A stretch of DNA of 64,000 bases from the human T2T-CHM13v2.0 reference genome, Homo sapiens: the NCBI RefSeq assembly GCF_009914755.1, contig NC_060930.1. The stretch is one strand, 5' to 3'. The notes under the pieces are model-generated. The model had not been told where the DNA came from. It searched no databases and was given only the letters and a program-made list of their open reading frames with translations. The position numbers and the translations under genes are program-made. The first letter of the stretch is position 1, and the number at the start of each line of letters is the position of its first letter. This document shows, piece by piece, positions 25,890 to 42,755 of this stretch.

Positions 25890-26897
25890 ACAACCAAATT
25901 AAAAAGTGAGCCAAAGACTTGAATTAGAGAGTTCATTTTAAAAAGGTATACATATATGAATGGTTAATAAGCACATGAAAATTTGCTCAATACCAGTAGT
26001 TATTAGAGAAATGTGAATTGAAACACCAGTGGCCTATGTACCACTATACACCCATTGGAGTGGCTGTAATAAGAAACAAGAATACCAAGTGTTGGCAAGG
26101 ATGTGGAGAAATGGGAACCATCATGCATTCTGATGGAAATGAACATGGTATATCCACTTTGAAAAACATTTTGCTGGTTTATTGAAATGTTATACAAAAA
26201 TTTATCATTCAACCTAGCAAATTCACTCCTAGAAATCTAATCAAGAGAATTAAAAACATATCTACACAGAGATATGTACATGAATGTTCACCACAGCATT
26301 ATTTATAATAGCCAAAAGCAAGTAAAAATCTAAATGTTCATCAACTAGTGATCAGATAAACAGAATGTGTGTATCCATATAATGAAATTGTAAACTCAGT
26401 TATTTATAATAGCCAAAAGCAAGTAAAAATCTAAATTTTCATCAACTAGTGATCAGATAAACAAAATGTGTGTATCCATACAATGAAATTGTATATTCAG
26501 CAAGTAAGTAGAATGATTACTGGCATATGTATTAATATTACATATATACATATTAATAATACATATATACATATAATTAATAATAAAATGTATTAAACTA
26601 GAAAAAATGCTAAGTGAAAGAAGCCAGACACAAAAGACTATTAAATATATATGCAATGTCTAGAAAAGACAAACTTATGAAGTCAGAAGGCAGATCAGTG
26701 GTTGTCTTGGGCTGAAGATAAGAATTGAAATTGACTGGAAACAGTGTGAAGGAACTTTCTGGGATGATGGAAATGTTCTTACACAGGATTGTGGTGATGG
26801 TGACACAATTCTATAATTTCACTAAAACCATCAAATTGTTAAAAAAAAAAAAAAAAGGGGTATACTAACCATACGGTAAATGCTACCTAATAAAGCC
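25890..26897 (+). mobile_element. L1MB/MC-like 3' end nested in the older L1M
   Basis: aaaaagtgagccaaagacttgaat...aataccaagtgttggcaaggatgtggagaaa...gatggaaatgttct...ctaataaagc. Confidence 0.75.
26299..26500. repeat. 101-bp tandem duplication (2 copies, 5 mismatches)
   Basis: 26299-26399 aligns with 26400-26500. Confidence 0.92.
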
Positions 26898-27526
26898 TAA
26901 AGTCAGTTGATTCACCAGTAAATTAACTGCCTGCCAGAATAAAACTCAACACTAAAGAAAGGCAACAAAATCCAAACTCTCAGCAACATAGCAGCTGCAA
27001 TATCCCATATGCGATGAAAGTTACTAGACATGCAAAGAAGCAAGAAAATGTGACCAAATACCCAGGAGAAAATAAGTTGAAATAAACAGACCTGAGATGA
27101 CCCAGATGATGAAATTATGAAATAGAAATTTTCCAAGAGTATTATAAATTTGTTTCAGGATTAAAAGAAGAGCATGAGCATTTTTTTTTTTTAGCGAAAA
27201 GATGAATTTCAGCAGAGAAATCAAAACTATATAAATTAAATACATGGAAAATCTGGAACTAAAAAAGTCAGAAATGAAAAATTCACTGGATGGGCTGAAT
27301 AGCAGATTGAAACATGCAGAAGGAAGTATCAGAAAACTTAAATATAGAGCAAGAGAAAATCTAAATTTAAATACAGAGAAGAGAGATTTCTTAAAAATGA
27401 AGAATTTCAGTGGTTGGTTGAAATATTATCAAGTGGTAATCGGGGTCATAGAAGGAGAGCAGAGTTCAGAGCAGAGGACACATTTGCAAAAATAATGGCT
27501 GAACATTTTCCAAAGGTAAAAATTAC

Positions 27527-28251
<725 letters not shown>

Positions 28252-30604
28252 ATGACTACTAACATCTCATTAAAAGCAATACAAGACAGCCTATCAGGGA
28301 CTAGCATCTTTAAAGAGTTGAGTTATCAGCCTAAAATCTTACATCTAGAAAATTATCCTTTAAAAATAAAGTCTGAGATATTTTCAGTTAATAAAAGTTA
28401 AGATCATCTGTCACTTATGGATAACAATATAAATGTCATAAATAAGATATTAGTTAATCAAACCAAAGTGCATCTTTAAAAAATGACAAGCCACAACCAA
28501 ATGGGGTTCATACCAGTGATGCAATGATATCTCCATATTAGACAATCTGTTGTTTTACCATATTAATGTTACAAAGGTGAAAATTCATCATATCATCTTC
28601 ATGGAAACTATAGAGATTTTAGATATGTTCCTTGAGCTTTCAAAAATATTAACAAATCATGAATAGATCGATACTTTCTTAACAAACACACACAAGTTTC
28701 TAGGACCACCACCATGTATAAGACAGCCAGGGGAAAAACAGAGAAATGAAAAGTAGGAAAGGAAGAAGCAACTATATTGATATTTGTAGATTCTGTGATT
28801 GTACACATGAAAAACATAAAAACAAGTGAATTTGATAAGATACGAAGCTAATATCAAAATTCAGTTAATTACTTATATCAAAATCAGAACTTAAAATGAC
28901 ACCACTTATAATAGCTATAAGATTACAAGAAATAAATATAAGAAATATATAAGATCTATATAAGGTTTTCAAATGCTAATGAGTAACATAAAAATATTAT
29001 CCAAATAGAATGGTATGCCTTATTCCTGAGCTGATAGATTCAATATTGTAAAGTTCAATTTTCTTAAAATTAAATCACAAGTTTAATGTGATCTCAATAA
29101 AAATACCAGAGAAAAAAATTGCTTTTGGAATTAAGTGAACTAATTCTAAGTTCAGTGGAAAAATAAATAAGCAAGAAAAAACAAATAAATTCTGAAGAAA
29201 GATTAATAAACTGTTCCTGTCCGTACTCCAAATATTATAGGAAATAAAACAGTTTATTATTGACAAATATATATCCCTATAAATGGGCACAACTACAGAG
29301 TATAAAAATAGATAAATATATGTTGAATGTATACTTTGTATATAATAATATTTGAATTTCACATCACTAGAGAAATGATGATTCATTTAGTAGATAACGG
29401 TGGAGTGTTTTAACAGCCAATCAAGAGAAAAATTAATTTGAACCCCACCTTACTCCTTTCACCAAAATAAATTTCAGATTGATTAAATATTTAATATTTT
29501 TTAAATGTTTAATAAATCATGAAAATACCAGTAAAAAGACTGGATAATTATTTTTAATAATATGAGAGTTAAAAAAACACTTTCTAAACACTACACAAAA
29601 TTCAGCAACTATAGAAAAAGACTAATAAATTTGATGACATAGAAATTTTTTAAAAATTGCATGGATAAAAAATACAACATGCAAAATGAGTTATAAATGG
29701 ATAAAATACCTACATATTGTTAGAAAATATTAGAAAAGGCCAATAATTCAAAGGAAAAATGAACAAAAACATGAAATAGTTCATAGGAAGAGACATGTGA
29801 ATGAATTTGGCATCTTTGAAAAATGTTCTACCTCATTCATAAGTGAAATGTCAACTGGAATTTCTGTACAGTATCCATTTTCCACGAACGATTAACAACA
29901 ACAAAAATGTTTGTGCACTATTTGAAGGACTATATTGAGTAATAATTAATTTCATGTACTATTAATGACAGTAAAATCATTAGTCTGACCAATTTGGAGA
30001 ACAATTTGGCACTTTCTATCAAACATGAAAAATGCATATTTCTGGGAATTTATTCCATTTCTAGGAATTTATTCTTATTGACATATTCACATGTGGGAAA
30101 AATGTGAACAATGATATTTATGTCATTATGTGTAACAGCAAAAGTTGGAAGCAAGCTAAATGGCCAAATAAGGAAGAGATTCAATAAACTGTAAGATATG
30201 CCTTCAATGGAATACTATGGAGTCACTGAAAGAAAAAATAGTAAGGCTACTTACATTGTATTGTTGTGTTGTGTTGTGTTGTATTGATATGTTGCTGAAA
30301 TATACTAAGTAAAAAGGAAAGCAAATTGTAGAACAATGTGTATATTATGCTACCTTTTCAGAAAAACTATAAATATGTATGCACACATCTCTTCTCTTAT
30401 CCTTTATGCAGATTTATGCTGCCAACATTTGTACCTTCTGGATACAGGACTTGGGAGTAGTAGGAACGGGAAGAAATGGGACAGGCTGAATCTTCACTCT
30501 ATTTATAAAACCTTTAGTTCCTTTTGAATTATTTACCGTTCATATGTATCATTTTTAAAAATAGAAAATAAAAATGTTCAAAGTTGAATAAGCGGGTAGA
30601 AACA

Positions 30605-31145
30605 TTTCAGTGGCTTTCCGTTGAATCCAGAACAAAAGTTTCTTTCCAGAGGTTCAGGCCCTCCTTGAACTGGCTCATTCCCGTTTCTTAAATCCCACCT
30701 TGTTCCTCCCACCTCCTCTCACTCCGCAGTTTCCAACTCTATTGACCTTCTCTCAGTTCCTTGCACAAGTCAGTTTTGCCGCTTTGGAGCCTGTGCACTG
30801 CTTGCTTTCTGCCTGCAACTCTTTTGTCCCAACTCTGCATTATCGGGCTCCCTCTCTTTCTTATTCTTTTGGCTTTGGTGGTCACCCATTCAGAGAGACC
30901 CTCCTTAGGCATCCACTCTAACACAGAGCCCGTTTTTCTTAGTCTTTTCTTGTGGCACCTAATTCCTTCCTTTCATACTCAATTTCTTTATCTGTTGGCT
31001 CTTGTAGTGTTTTTCCACACCCCTCCCCAGGATGGTAAACTCCTTGAGTTACCATTTCTATTTTATTCTCTTGTCGACACCTGTAAGAGTACCCGACACA
31101 TTGCAACTGGGTTGGAATGCTAACATCTCTTGAATAAATTAATTC
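30605..31145 (+). mobile_element. L2 3' remnant
   Basis: Pyrimidine-rich L2 3' region ending ttgaataaattaatt. Confidence 0.6.
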
Positions 31146-31602
31146 ACCCATTTAAGACCAAAAGTTTGTATTACAAGTTAGCAGGAATAAATGTCTTACT
31201 GATTGGTATATGGGTGTAAAAATATGGCCCTGATTTTCAGTATTTAAAACTCTCAAGATGCCAAATATTTTCTACTGCTTTCTAAGCTGAACTTCCAGGC
31301 ACAGCTGGCATATGCATATTTCTTGACAATCTCCAAGTTTTGATAACCAAATAAGAAAAAAAAACAGCACAGAAAAATATAATTTTGGCTGTTACTAAAT
31401 GGGCTAATAATACCAGTAATAGTATTTTAAAAATTCTAAAAAATGTCTAATTCTCACAATAGCATTCTAACAGTAAACTAAGAGGTAAGCTAATATATTC
31501 AAGATACAGAGCAACCACACTTGTTTAGGAGCACTGTTACTTTGTCTACATTGATTTGTTAAAACATTGTCCGTTGTCAACCAATCTAAAAAGGACACAA
31601 TA

Positions 31603-31912
31603 GGCTAGGCACAGTGGCTCACACCTCTAATCCCAGCACTTTGGGAGGCCTAGGTGGGAGGATGGCTTGAGCCCAGGAGTTCAAGATCAGCCTGGGCAAC
31701 ACGGGGAGACCCCAACTCTACAAAAACTTTTTAAAGAAATTAGCCAGGTGTCGTGGTGTGTGCCTGTAGTCCCAACTACTCAGGAGGCTGAGGTGGGAGG
31801 ATTGCTTGAGCCCAGAAGTTCAAGGCTGCAGCAAGCCTGATTGTGCCACTGCACTCCAGCCTAGGCAGCAGAGTGAGACTCTGTCTAAAAAAAATAAAAA
31901 TAAAAATAAAAA
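31603..31912 (+). mobile_element. AluJ
   Basis: AluJ diagnostics (ggattgcttgagcccag, aaggctgcag); TAAAAA tail. Confidence 0.93.
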
Positions 31913-32730
31913 TGAATACAATTTTTAAAATAAATAAAAAGAACATAATAAAATATGTCCAGAAATCAATAGTCAATATCGTTTGATTAATTTTGCCAAA
32001 ATCCAATACACGGTGTAGTTACAGAGCTGAACTTTAATAATAGAACCAATGTAACATGGTAATGCTTTTCATATTTTAAACTACTTTCCTAAATGTTATC
32101 TCATTTGATGCTCACTACGAAAACACAATAGAGATCATTTTGGCCTGTGCTTTTGTAAAATTATAGAATATTAGACCTGAAAAATATATAATGTCATTTA
32201 CTTCTATTCTTCATTTTATAGATGAGGGAACTGAGGCCAGAAAACATGACAAAGTATGTTCCATTCTCACAGCTAATTAGGGGCTAGAACCAGGATCTCA
32301 GTCCTCTCTTGGGCCACTAGACAATTGCTAACTATGCTTCTGCAACACCTTCATATCATATGACTGACTTCTTAAGTGTACAAATTAATTTTAGGATTTA
32401 AATCAATTACAATATTTCTTTTTAAAACATGGAATATGGTTCATCCAAAAGATAATCTACATCCCACTACCCATATAGAACCATTATTTTTATTTTTGGA
32501 TATTTTCTTCAGTATTTTTCTTTGATTTGTATGTTTCATAGAAATGTGTGTGTGTGTGTAATTTTTTCACCTCTCTTAAGTACATATTTTTAAATTTTTA
32601 AATGGATACACAATATTTGTACATATTTATGCAGTACATGTGATATTTCATTACATGCATAGAATGTGTAATGATCAAGTTAGGGTATTTCCATCACCTC
32701 AAGCATTTATAATTTTTTTGTATTGGGAAC

Positions 32731-33110
32731 TGATATGGTTTGGCTCTGTGTCCTCACCCAAATCTCATGTTGAATTGTAATTCCCAGTGTTGCGGGAGGG
32801 ACCTGGTGGGAGGTGATTGGATCGTGGGGGCAGATTTCCCCCTTGCTGTTGTCGTGATAGGGAGTGAGTTCTCATGAGATCTGATGGTTTAAAAGTGTGT
32901 GGCACTTCCCTCTTTGCTCTCTCTTCTGCCGCCATGTGAAGACGCGCTTGCTTCCCCTTTGCCCTTCCTCTATGATTGTAAGTTTCCTGAGGCCTCCCAG
33001 CCATGCTTCCAGTACAATCCGTGGAACCATGAGTAAATTAAATCTCTTTTCTTCATAAATTACTCAGTCTCAGGTAGTTCTTTATAGCAATGTGAGATTG
33101 GAGTAACACA
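32731..33110 (+). mobile_element. MSTA-like MaLR solo LTR within an antisense L1MA fragment (about 32590-33140)
   Basis: tgatatggtttggctctgtgtc...gagtaacaca, 380 bp; perfect 5-bp TSD GGAAC at 32726-32730 and 33111-33115. Confidence 0.9.
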
Positions 33111-33244
33111 GGAACATTTTAAGTTCTATTTTGAAACATACTTTTTTTTTTTTTACAATACAGCTAAATGTTTTGTAAAACATTTAAAAAATGTTAGTCC
33201 CACACAGTCATGTAACTTCAAACAGTAAGCTCATCACCTAATAT

Positions 33245-33410
33245 TATTGCATCTGCCACTTAGAAGCTGTGTGACTAGAAGCTCCCTGGGCCTCAGTTTT
33301 CTCATCTGCAAAATAGGGATAATAATAGTGGTAATTTTATAGAGCTGTTATAAGGCTTACTCAGCCTCCCAAAGTGTTGGGATTATAGGCGTGAGCCACA
33401 GCAGCTGGCC
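33245..33410. mobile_element. MIR (+) abutting a 50-bp antisense Alu 5' fragment (33361-33410)
   Basis: MIR core gcctcagttttctcatctgcaaaatagggataa, then tcagcctcccaaagtgttgggattataggcgtgagccac. Confidence 0.75.
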
Positions 33411-33419
33411 TATGTAATT

Positions 33420-33925
33420 TAATTATATGCTTTTTGCTTAACATATTATTCTTATATTTTTATTATTCCTGAAAGTTTTTCATTATTATAATTTCAATAC
33501 TTAGTCAATATGCTGCCTAATGAACATAGTGTAATTTACTTATCCTATTTCCCATTTTGGACAGTGAGGTTGTTTTCACTTTTTGCTCTCATAAATAATT
33601 CTGAAGAAAGCATTCCATATGAATATTATTGTCAATATCACTGATAATTTCTCTAGGATAAATTCCATGAAGGATGATTACAGAATCAATGCGATAAATA
33701 TTTATAACACTACTGACTCATATTGTCAAAATGTTTTCTTAAAATGTTGTGACAATATCATTAACCGTGTGCAGAAAAACAGTTTTCAAGGTCTTATCCT
33801 CATTAGATGTAGTCATTTAAAAGTAAATTGCTAAATTAATAGGCTAAAATGGCTCCCAATTGTTCTTTCATTTTGCATTTATTTGCTTATTAATGAGATC
33901 AAACATCTTGCAATTTGTTTGTGGA
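33420..33925 (-). mobile_element. Old L1M remnant
   Basis: T-rich antisense L1 phrases (ttttggacagtgaggttgttttcac, ttttgcatttatttgcttattaatgag). Confidence 0.5.
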
Positions 33926-34276
33926 ATATCGTTTAAAGCTCAATTAATCCGCTATGTTTTTTAATGACAAGCTAAGACACTACAGATGAAAAGCAATGGA
34001 AAGCAGAGATGTTTAGTGACCCCCTACTACGGTGCTAAGTATTTCAAATATATTGTTAGGTGCATTAATATGCAAGTTATGAGAAAGAGACGAAGCAAAA
34101 GTCACAGACTTGAGTGCATAATACGACAAATACTACTTCAAACTGGCTCAGTTTTAGAACTTAAGGGATTTTAATTCTTTTTCATAGTTTTTACTAACCA
34201 AAAGCTTTAATGAGAAACAATTAATTCAATATTAAAAGGAAATAATAGGTAGCATGAATAGCTTTTGCATGATGGG

Positions 34277-34581
34277 TCTAGAGAAGTGTTAAGTAGGTAC
34301 ATGTGGCAATTGAGTCCTTGAAATGGGGCTGGTCTGAATTGAGATGTGCAGTAAGTTCAAAAATACATATGTGATTTTGAGGACTCAGAACAAAAAGAAG
34401 AGAATGCAAAGTATATCATTAATGATGTTTATTGATTATATGTTGAAATGTAAATATTTTAAAATAGTGGATTGAATTAAACCTATTAAAATTAATGTTA
34501 CCTATTTCATTTACTTGTATAATGTGACTTCTAGAAAATTTATAATTGGATATGTGGCTACCATTGGCCAGCACAGGTCTA
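34277..34581. mobile_element. hAT-Charlie MITE (MER33-like)
   Basis: catgtggcaattgag...gaattgagatgtgcagtaag...attggccagcacaggtctag matches recalled MER33/MER3 consensus. Confidence 0.65.
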
Positions 34582-34816
34582 GGGAATTATATGATATCAG
34601 ATTTTAGGAAGGAAGTTATAAAATTTTAGTTCTTCAGGAAGAGATCTAAAGGAGAGTACAGAGAGAGAGAGAGAGAGAGAGAATCTACCACATAACTAAA
34701 TTAAGTAAAGGGAGTGCTACAGCACTGACCATTATGACCAACCAGGAGGTCTCTGATAAACTCAGATATTTATTCATAAATTCAGATTACAAAGAGCCTA
34801 CCACAAAGGACAAACA

Positions 34817-36560
<1,744 letters not shown>

Positions 36561-37537
36561 CTCTTCTACTTTGTGGTTGAGAAGCTTCCTCTAGTAGAAG
36601 TGATGTCAATGGAATTCCAATAAGAGGTATGTTCTATTTAGACATTTAATCCATGAATTTGTATATATACATTATAAGTCATCTCTGGCAGTTCAGCCCT
36701 CAGCCAACAGAATCTCAGTTTCTCCATTTCTATCATTACTCCAGAAGGGTTCTTGGGTGTGGACTAGGCATTCTCGTTGGCATGCATTCAAGTTCTCCTC
36801 TGTAGCCACTGATCCTGTTGCCTCTATCCCACAGCTCTGGAATATCTCCAAATAACTACTCTTTTATTCTCCATGCAAATGAAAAATTCCATTAGGGTGA
36901 TGTGAGGTTAGTTGTTGACATAACTTCCTGCTTCAAAAATCCTTCCTTCCTTCCCATCATCATTTGCGACCCCAGTTACAGCTCTGAATTGTGATTTCCA
37001 TTTGTGACATATTGCCCCCGAAGAGACAGAAGAGGAACCTTCATCCGCCATCCCCATGTTAGAATCCTCTTCCTAGGCTCTCAGTGAAGTTGCCTCACTC
37101 GATCTCAAGCTGCCCGGCATGTCACATTCCATTTATTTCATTTAACTAAGATTTATTTAGCTTTATGCTATGCTAGGAACTGACAAGAAAATCATTATTA
37201 CAATTAAATGAGATTTATTGAGTACTTACTTTATGCCAGAAACTGAGCTAAGAATGAGGAATAAAAAATGTATAAAGACACATTCCTTGCTCTCAAAAAA
37301 TGTGAAGTTTAGAAAGATGGAGGTAGTAAGTAAATCAACTTCAATTCAGGGTAATAGATGCTAGTAGAGGCACCATGTGTGATGCTGTGAGACCTCAAAG
37401 AAAGAGTCTCTAAATCATCCTGAAGAGGAAGTCACATGAGGAGAGTCTTTAAGAATAAGTATGTCTGGCCTTGTCAATTAAAAGAGAGTTGGGAGTTCCA
37501 GGCAGAGTGTCAGCATGAATGAAGGCAAGAACGACTA

Positions 37538-37952
<415 letters not shown>

Positions 37953-39099
37953 TTAGATTTGTATCATAGAATATTTTAGACTGTCTTATGAATTATGTGG
38001 GAGCCAAGGAAGGGTTTTAAGCTGAGGTATGGCAGGATCTGATTTGCATTTCAGAGGGATCACTTGTGGCAGCCATAATGAATTAAGATGGTAGAGAACA
38101 GACAAGAGGAAGGACGGACTGTTAAAGTGATGGGTAGTCATAGAAACAAAAAGTGGTGAGGGTCTGAGCTGGCCCCTGAAAACAGATGGGTTTGAAAGCT
38201 ATTTAGGAGGTAAAATGGAAAGAATGTCATAGAAATTTAGATTTGGGGGTGAGGAAGAGGGAGGAGGTATAAGGGAACCTGGGTTTCTGGCTTGGACCAG
38301 TTGGCTGGACGTGGGTGTCACATGCAGGCTACTGCCTAAAAGCATAGGTGACTAGGAGAATGCTATTGGCCTCAATGTTGGAAATGTTGAGTTTGAGATG
38401 CTAGTGAAGCACACAGAGGATGCATATTAGTCAGTGGCCTGAACTTACAACTCCAGAAGAGCAGGCTGGGCTAGAGACCATAGTCTCTATATGGTCGTTA
38501 CATATGGACGTCTTTATATGGATATCATCAGTATATCATGGCTGAAAACCAGGGTCTTGATGAAGTCACCCAGGGAGATGGTATAAGATGAACAGCATAG
38601 AGAACTAAGAATAAAACCATAGAAAAAAGTTCATTGTTGGTCTTTGTTGTCTTATTTGGTTTTGTTAAAATGGGGAATCTTGCAGATCTTTTAAATGCTG
38701 ACAGAAAAGTTAAAGGAGAAAATTTGAAGATGCAAAGAGAACATATAAGTAATAATTTTCCTGGGAGCAGAAGGTATTTATTTATTCATTCATTCATTCA
38801 ATAAGTACTGAGTGCCTCTAGCAGGCTGGGAATAAAAGGCCCCTTCCCTCATGCAGCTTACATTGTAGTGGTAAGGAGAGCCCCATAGGAAATAAATAAA
38901 TGATAGGGTGTGTTAGAAGGTGACAGGTGCTACAGGGGAAAACAAGGCTGCATAATAAGGATGAGAGTGCTGGTGGAGAGCACAGTACATGTGAGATTTA
39001 AATAGTGATTAAGGAAGAATTTCCTGAGGAGGCAACAACAGTTCAAAGGCAATGAAAGAGAGAACCATGCAGATCTCCGGGGAAAGAACGCTTCTGGGG

Positions 39100-39228
39100 C
39101 AATCTGCTTTATTCAGAGTCTACTGATTAAATGTTAATCTCATCTAAAAAAAATACCTTCACGGAAGTATCTAGAATACTGTTTGACCAAATATCTGGGC
39201 CTAGTTGACAAATAAAATTAACCATCAC
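39100..39228 (-). mobile_element. MLT2 (ERVL) LTR 5' fragment
   Basis: Reverse complement begins TGTGATGGTTAAATTTTATTTGTCAAC, the typical MLT2 start. Confidence 0.7.
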
Positions 39229-39673
39229 AGAGGCCAACGACAGACGCAAGAAGACCAATTAAGAAGCTCTCGTGTTAACACAGTGGAGAGGTGTTGGTGG
39301 CTTGAGCCAGGATGTCACAATGGAGGCAGTGAGAAATGGTCAAAGCCTGGATGTCTTTGCAGGCAGCAGTCACTGTGCCAGGAGTCCAAAGATGACAAGA
39401 AATGATTCCTGTGGTCAAGGTCCTTACAGTCTGTAACAGTTATTAAAACCATAATTGCTTATTTGTTCATGGCATCTTCATTACCTTGATTATACCTTCC
39501 TGGTTCAAATCATATTTAACATCTATTCCAACAGAATGGCATTGGAACCTACCAGAAGACAGGACACCAGTCACTACACAGGACTGATGCATACTTACTC
39601 AGTCTCAGGTATGTCTTTATAGCAATGTGAGAACGGACTAATCCCTGCCTTTTCATTGTAATGACTGTCAATC

Positions 39674-39963
<290 letters not shown>

Positions 39964-40388
39964 TCAATCAATTTTTAAAAACAAACATTTTCTTCTCTGT
40001 ACCTAGTATGAGACAATTTGAGTGTACTATGTCAGGTATTTGAGTGGAATATATAAAATCTATATGTTGTACAAGTGGAAAACATAAAAGCTATATGTTG
40101 TGCACATCCAGCCCTTCTCGTAGAATGTCTAGTACAGAGCCTAACCTTTGCTTACCTAAATCAGGGTTGTGCTGGTCTCATCACCATTCCCAGGAAGCTG
40201 GGTGCTGCCCTGTCTGTGGTGGGGCACAGAAACCCATTTACCTTCAGTATTCAGATAGTAGAGAAGATGGACCAAGTTGGACTTGGGAATCCCCATTCTG
40301 ATTTTGAAGTCTAGGCTTGAGATGGGGACTAAGAGATGAGAAATGTTGTAAAGATGGAGACCAAGACTGCTGGAGAATTGAGTCAAAC

Positions 40389-40851
40389 TGAGATAGAAGG
40401 CAGGACTTGACTCCAGAGGCTGGGCTCAGACACCGGACCAGATTGAGGACTAGCAAATACAGGGCCAGGGGCAGAAGCAGCTTTCTATCAGACAGCCCAG
40501 GAGTGTGCCATGTCAATTTACTATTGCCATGGCAACACCTGGGAGTTACTTCCCCTTTCCATGGCAAGACTCCAAAGTTACTACCCCTTCCCTAGAAATT
40601 TCTGCATAAACTGCCCCTTAATCTGTATGCAATTAAAATTGCGCATAAATATGACTGCAAGACTGCCCTGAACTGCTACTATCTGCCTACGGGGTAGCCC
40701 TGCTCTGCAGGCGCAGTTATGGAGCTGTAACACTGCTGCTTCAATAAAGCTGTTTTCTTCTACCTCCAGCTTGCCCTTGAATTCTTTCCTGGGCAAAGCT
40801 AAGTACCCTTGTGGCCTAAGCTCCACTTTGGGGCTTGCCTGCCCTGCATCA
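40389..40851 (+). mobile_element. Intact ERV1 solo LTR (MER66B-like, MER41-related group)
   Basis: TG...CA termini, perfect 4-bp TSD AAAC (40385-40388 and 40852-40855), TATA-like cataaata near 40624, AATAAA at 40743-40748. Confidence 0.85.
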
Positions 40852-41507
40852 AAACCATGCTAATGTGGGGCAGGCTTTGAAAAAGCCTAGAGCCTGGAGT
40901 CTAGAAGGCCATTATTGGAGGTAGCTCTCTTTTATGCATCCTGCAAGCACTTCCACTGTGCATTCCAGATTCATTTAAAGGGACCCAGAGATATGCTTCT
41001 TAGACTTTCCACCAAAGCATCTCTCAAGCCAAAGGGAATAAACAGGTAGCTTCAAACAGTCTGCCTCATGCCTGGAATATATTTGAAATCTTTTTGTTTT
41101 ATTTTAAAAATTACATGACTTTTGCATTCTACTTTGTAATATCACCATTGTTTTAATAACCCTTCCCCCCAAATTCTTGACATAAAATGAGCACTGCAGA
41201 AAAATGTTTCATATTCATTTTTGGCCTTATGTAATCCTTGGCACACAACTTGACCTAAGTCATGCCTAGCCCAGACTGAGAAGCATGAACCTACAGATGA
41301 ATACTGAACCATTGATTGAATGTGTCATCATTCTTTTGAGACCTGGTAGTTTACAAGCCTAGAGCAGAGAAGGGAAGCTAGTAGGTGGCCAATAAATCAT
41401 GGTTGAATGATATAGGTCTTCTCATGTTCTATTCTTAATCTAGGCATTTTCAAACACATGCTTTTCTTTCTCTAAAATCTTATTTCTCTTTATTTAAAAT
41501 CAAACAA

Positions 41508-41831
<324 letters not shown>

Positions 41832-42465
41832 CATTTTTTTGAACATGTATAAGGCACGGTCTGTAGTATTGGAGAATCCCAGGATGAATTAATTTGGATT
41901 CCATACTTACAATTTCGGCTTTCACCAATGACTTGAGAAGCTGCTAATAGGCTTCTCTGATAACCTATTTTATCTTCTTCTCTTTTGATCCTAATTCTGT
42001 TCTATGGATTGTATACTCTCAGATTTATTTTCATCGTATTTTGTTTTCATTAAGGGATGCTTGCAAAAAGTTTAGTTGGGGAGTGAAAAAATAACTCTTA
42101 TGTATATCCAATATTAAAAGTTTCTTTTGAAAAAGTTTTTTTCTAGTAGGTCCTTTCTAACATGTCTTTTGAAAACAGTATAGGTTGGTTTTATGGCTAT
42201 GTATGGGGATCTCATGAGAATGCCATTAAAATAAGCTTTTGCTGAGTTGGAGGATAAAAGGAAATGGGAAAAAATCCAAATGCATCCCATTATTACAAGA
42301 ATGGTTCCCTCTACATTTAAGAAATTATTTTTCTGCAGTTCAGTGATTTGGAAAAACATGTATTTTCTAGTTTCCTAAGAATAAAATGAATTAAAACGAC
42401 TTTAAATACTACATAGGACAAATTTTAATTTTCTACTGCATTCTATCATAGACTCTTTTCTTCTA

Positions 42466-42755
42466 TATTTTATTTTATTTATATATTTTTTGAGACAGGG
42501 TCTCATTCTGTTGCCAGGCTGGAGTGCGGTGGTGCGATCACGGCTCACTGCAGCCTTGACCTCCCGGGGCTCAGGTGATCCTCCTACCTTAGCCTCCCAA
42601 GTAGCTGGGACTATAGGCTAATTTTTGTTTTCTTTTGGTAGAGATGGGGTTTCACCTTGTTGCTTAGGCTGTTCTCAAACTCCTGGGCTCAAGCGATCCT
42701 CCTGTCTTGGCCTCTCAAAGTGCTAAAATTATAGGCGGGAGCCACTGCGCCAGAC
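42466..42755 (-). mobile_element. AluJ with internal deletion
   Basis: Antisense dimer; ggactataggc joined directly to taattttt. Confidence 0.9.

Noticed and set aside
27244-27495. Coiled-coil-like 83-aa ORF
   Set aside because: Decayed L1 ORF1 fragment within a disrupted L1M.
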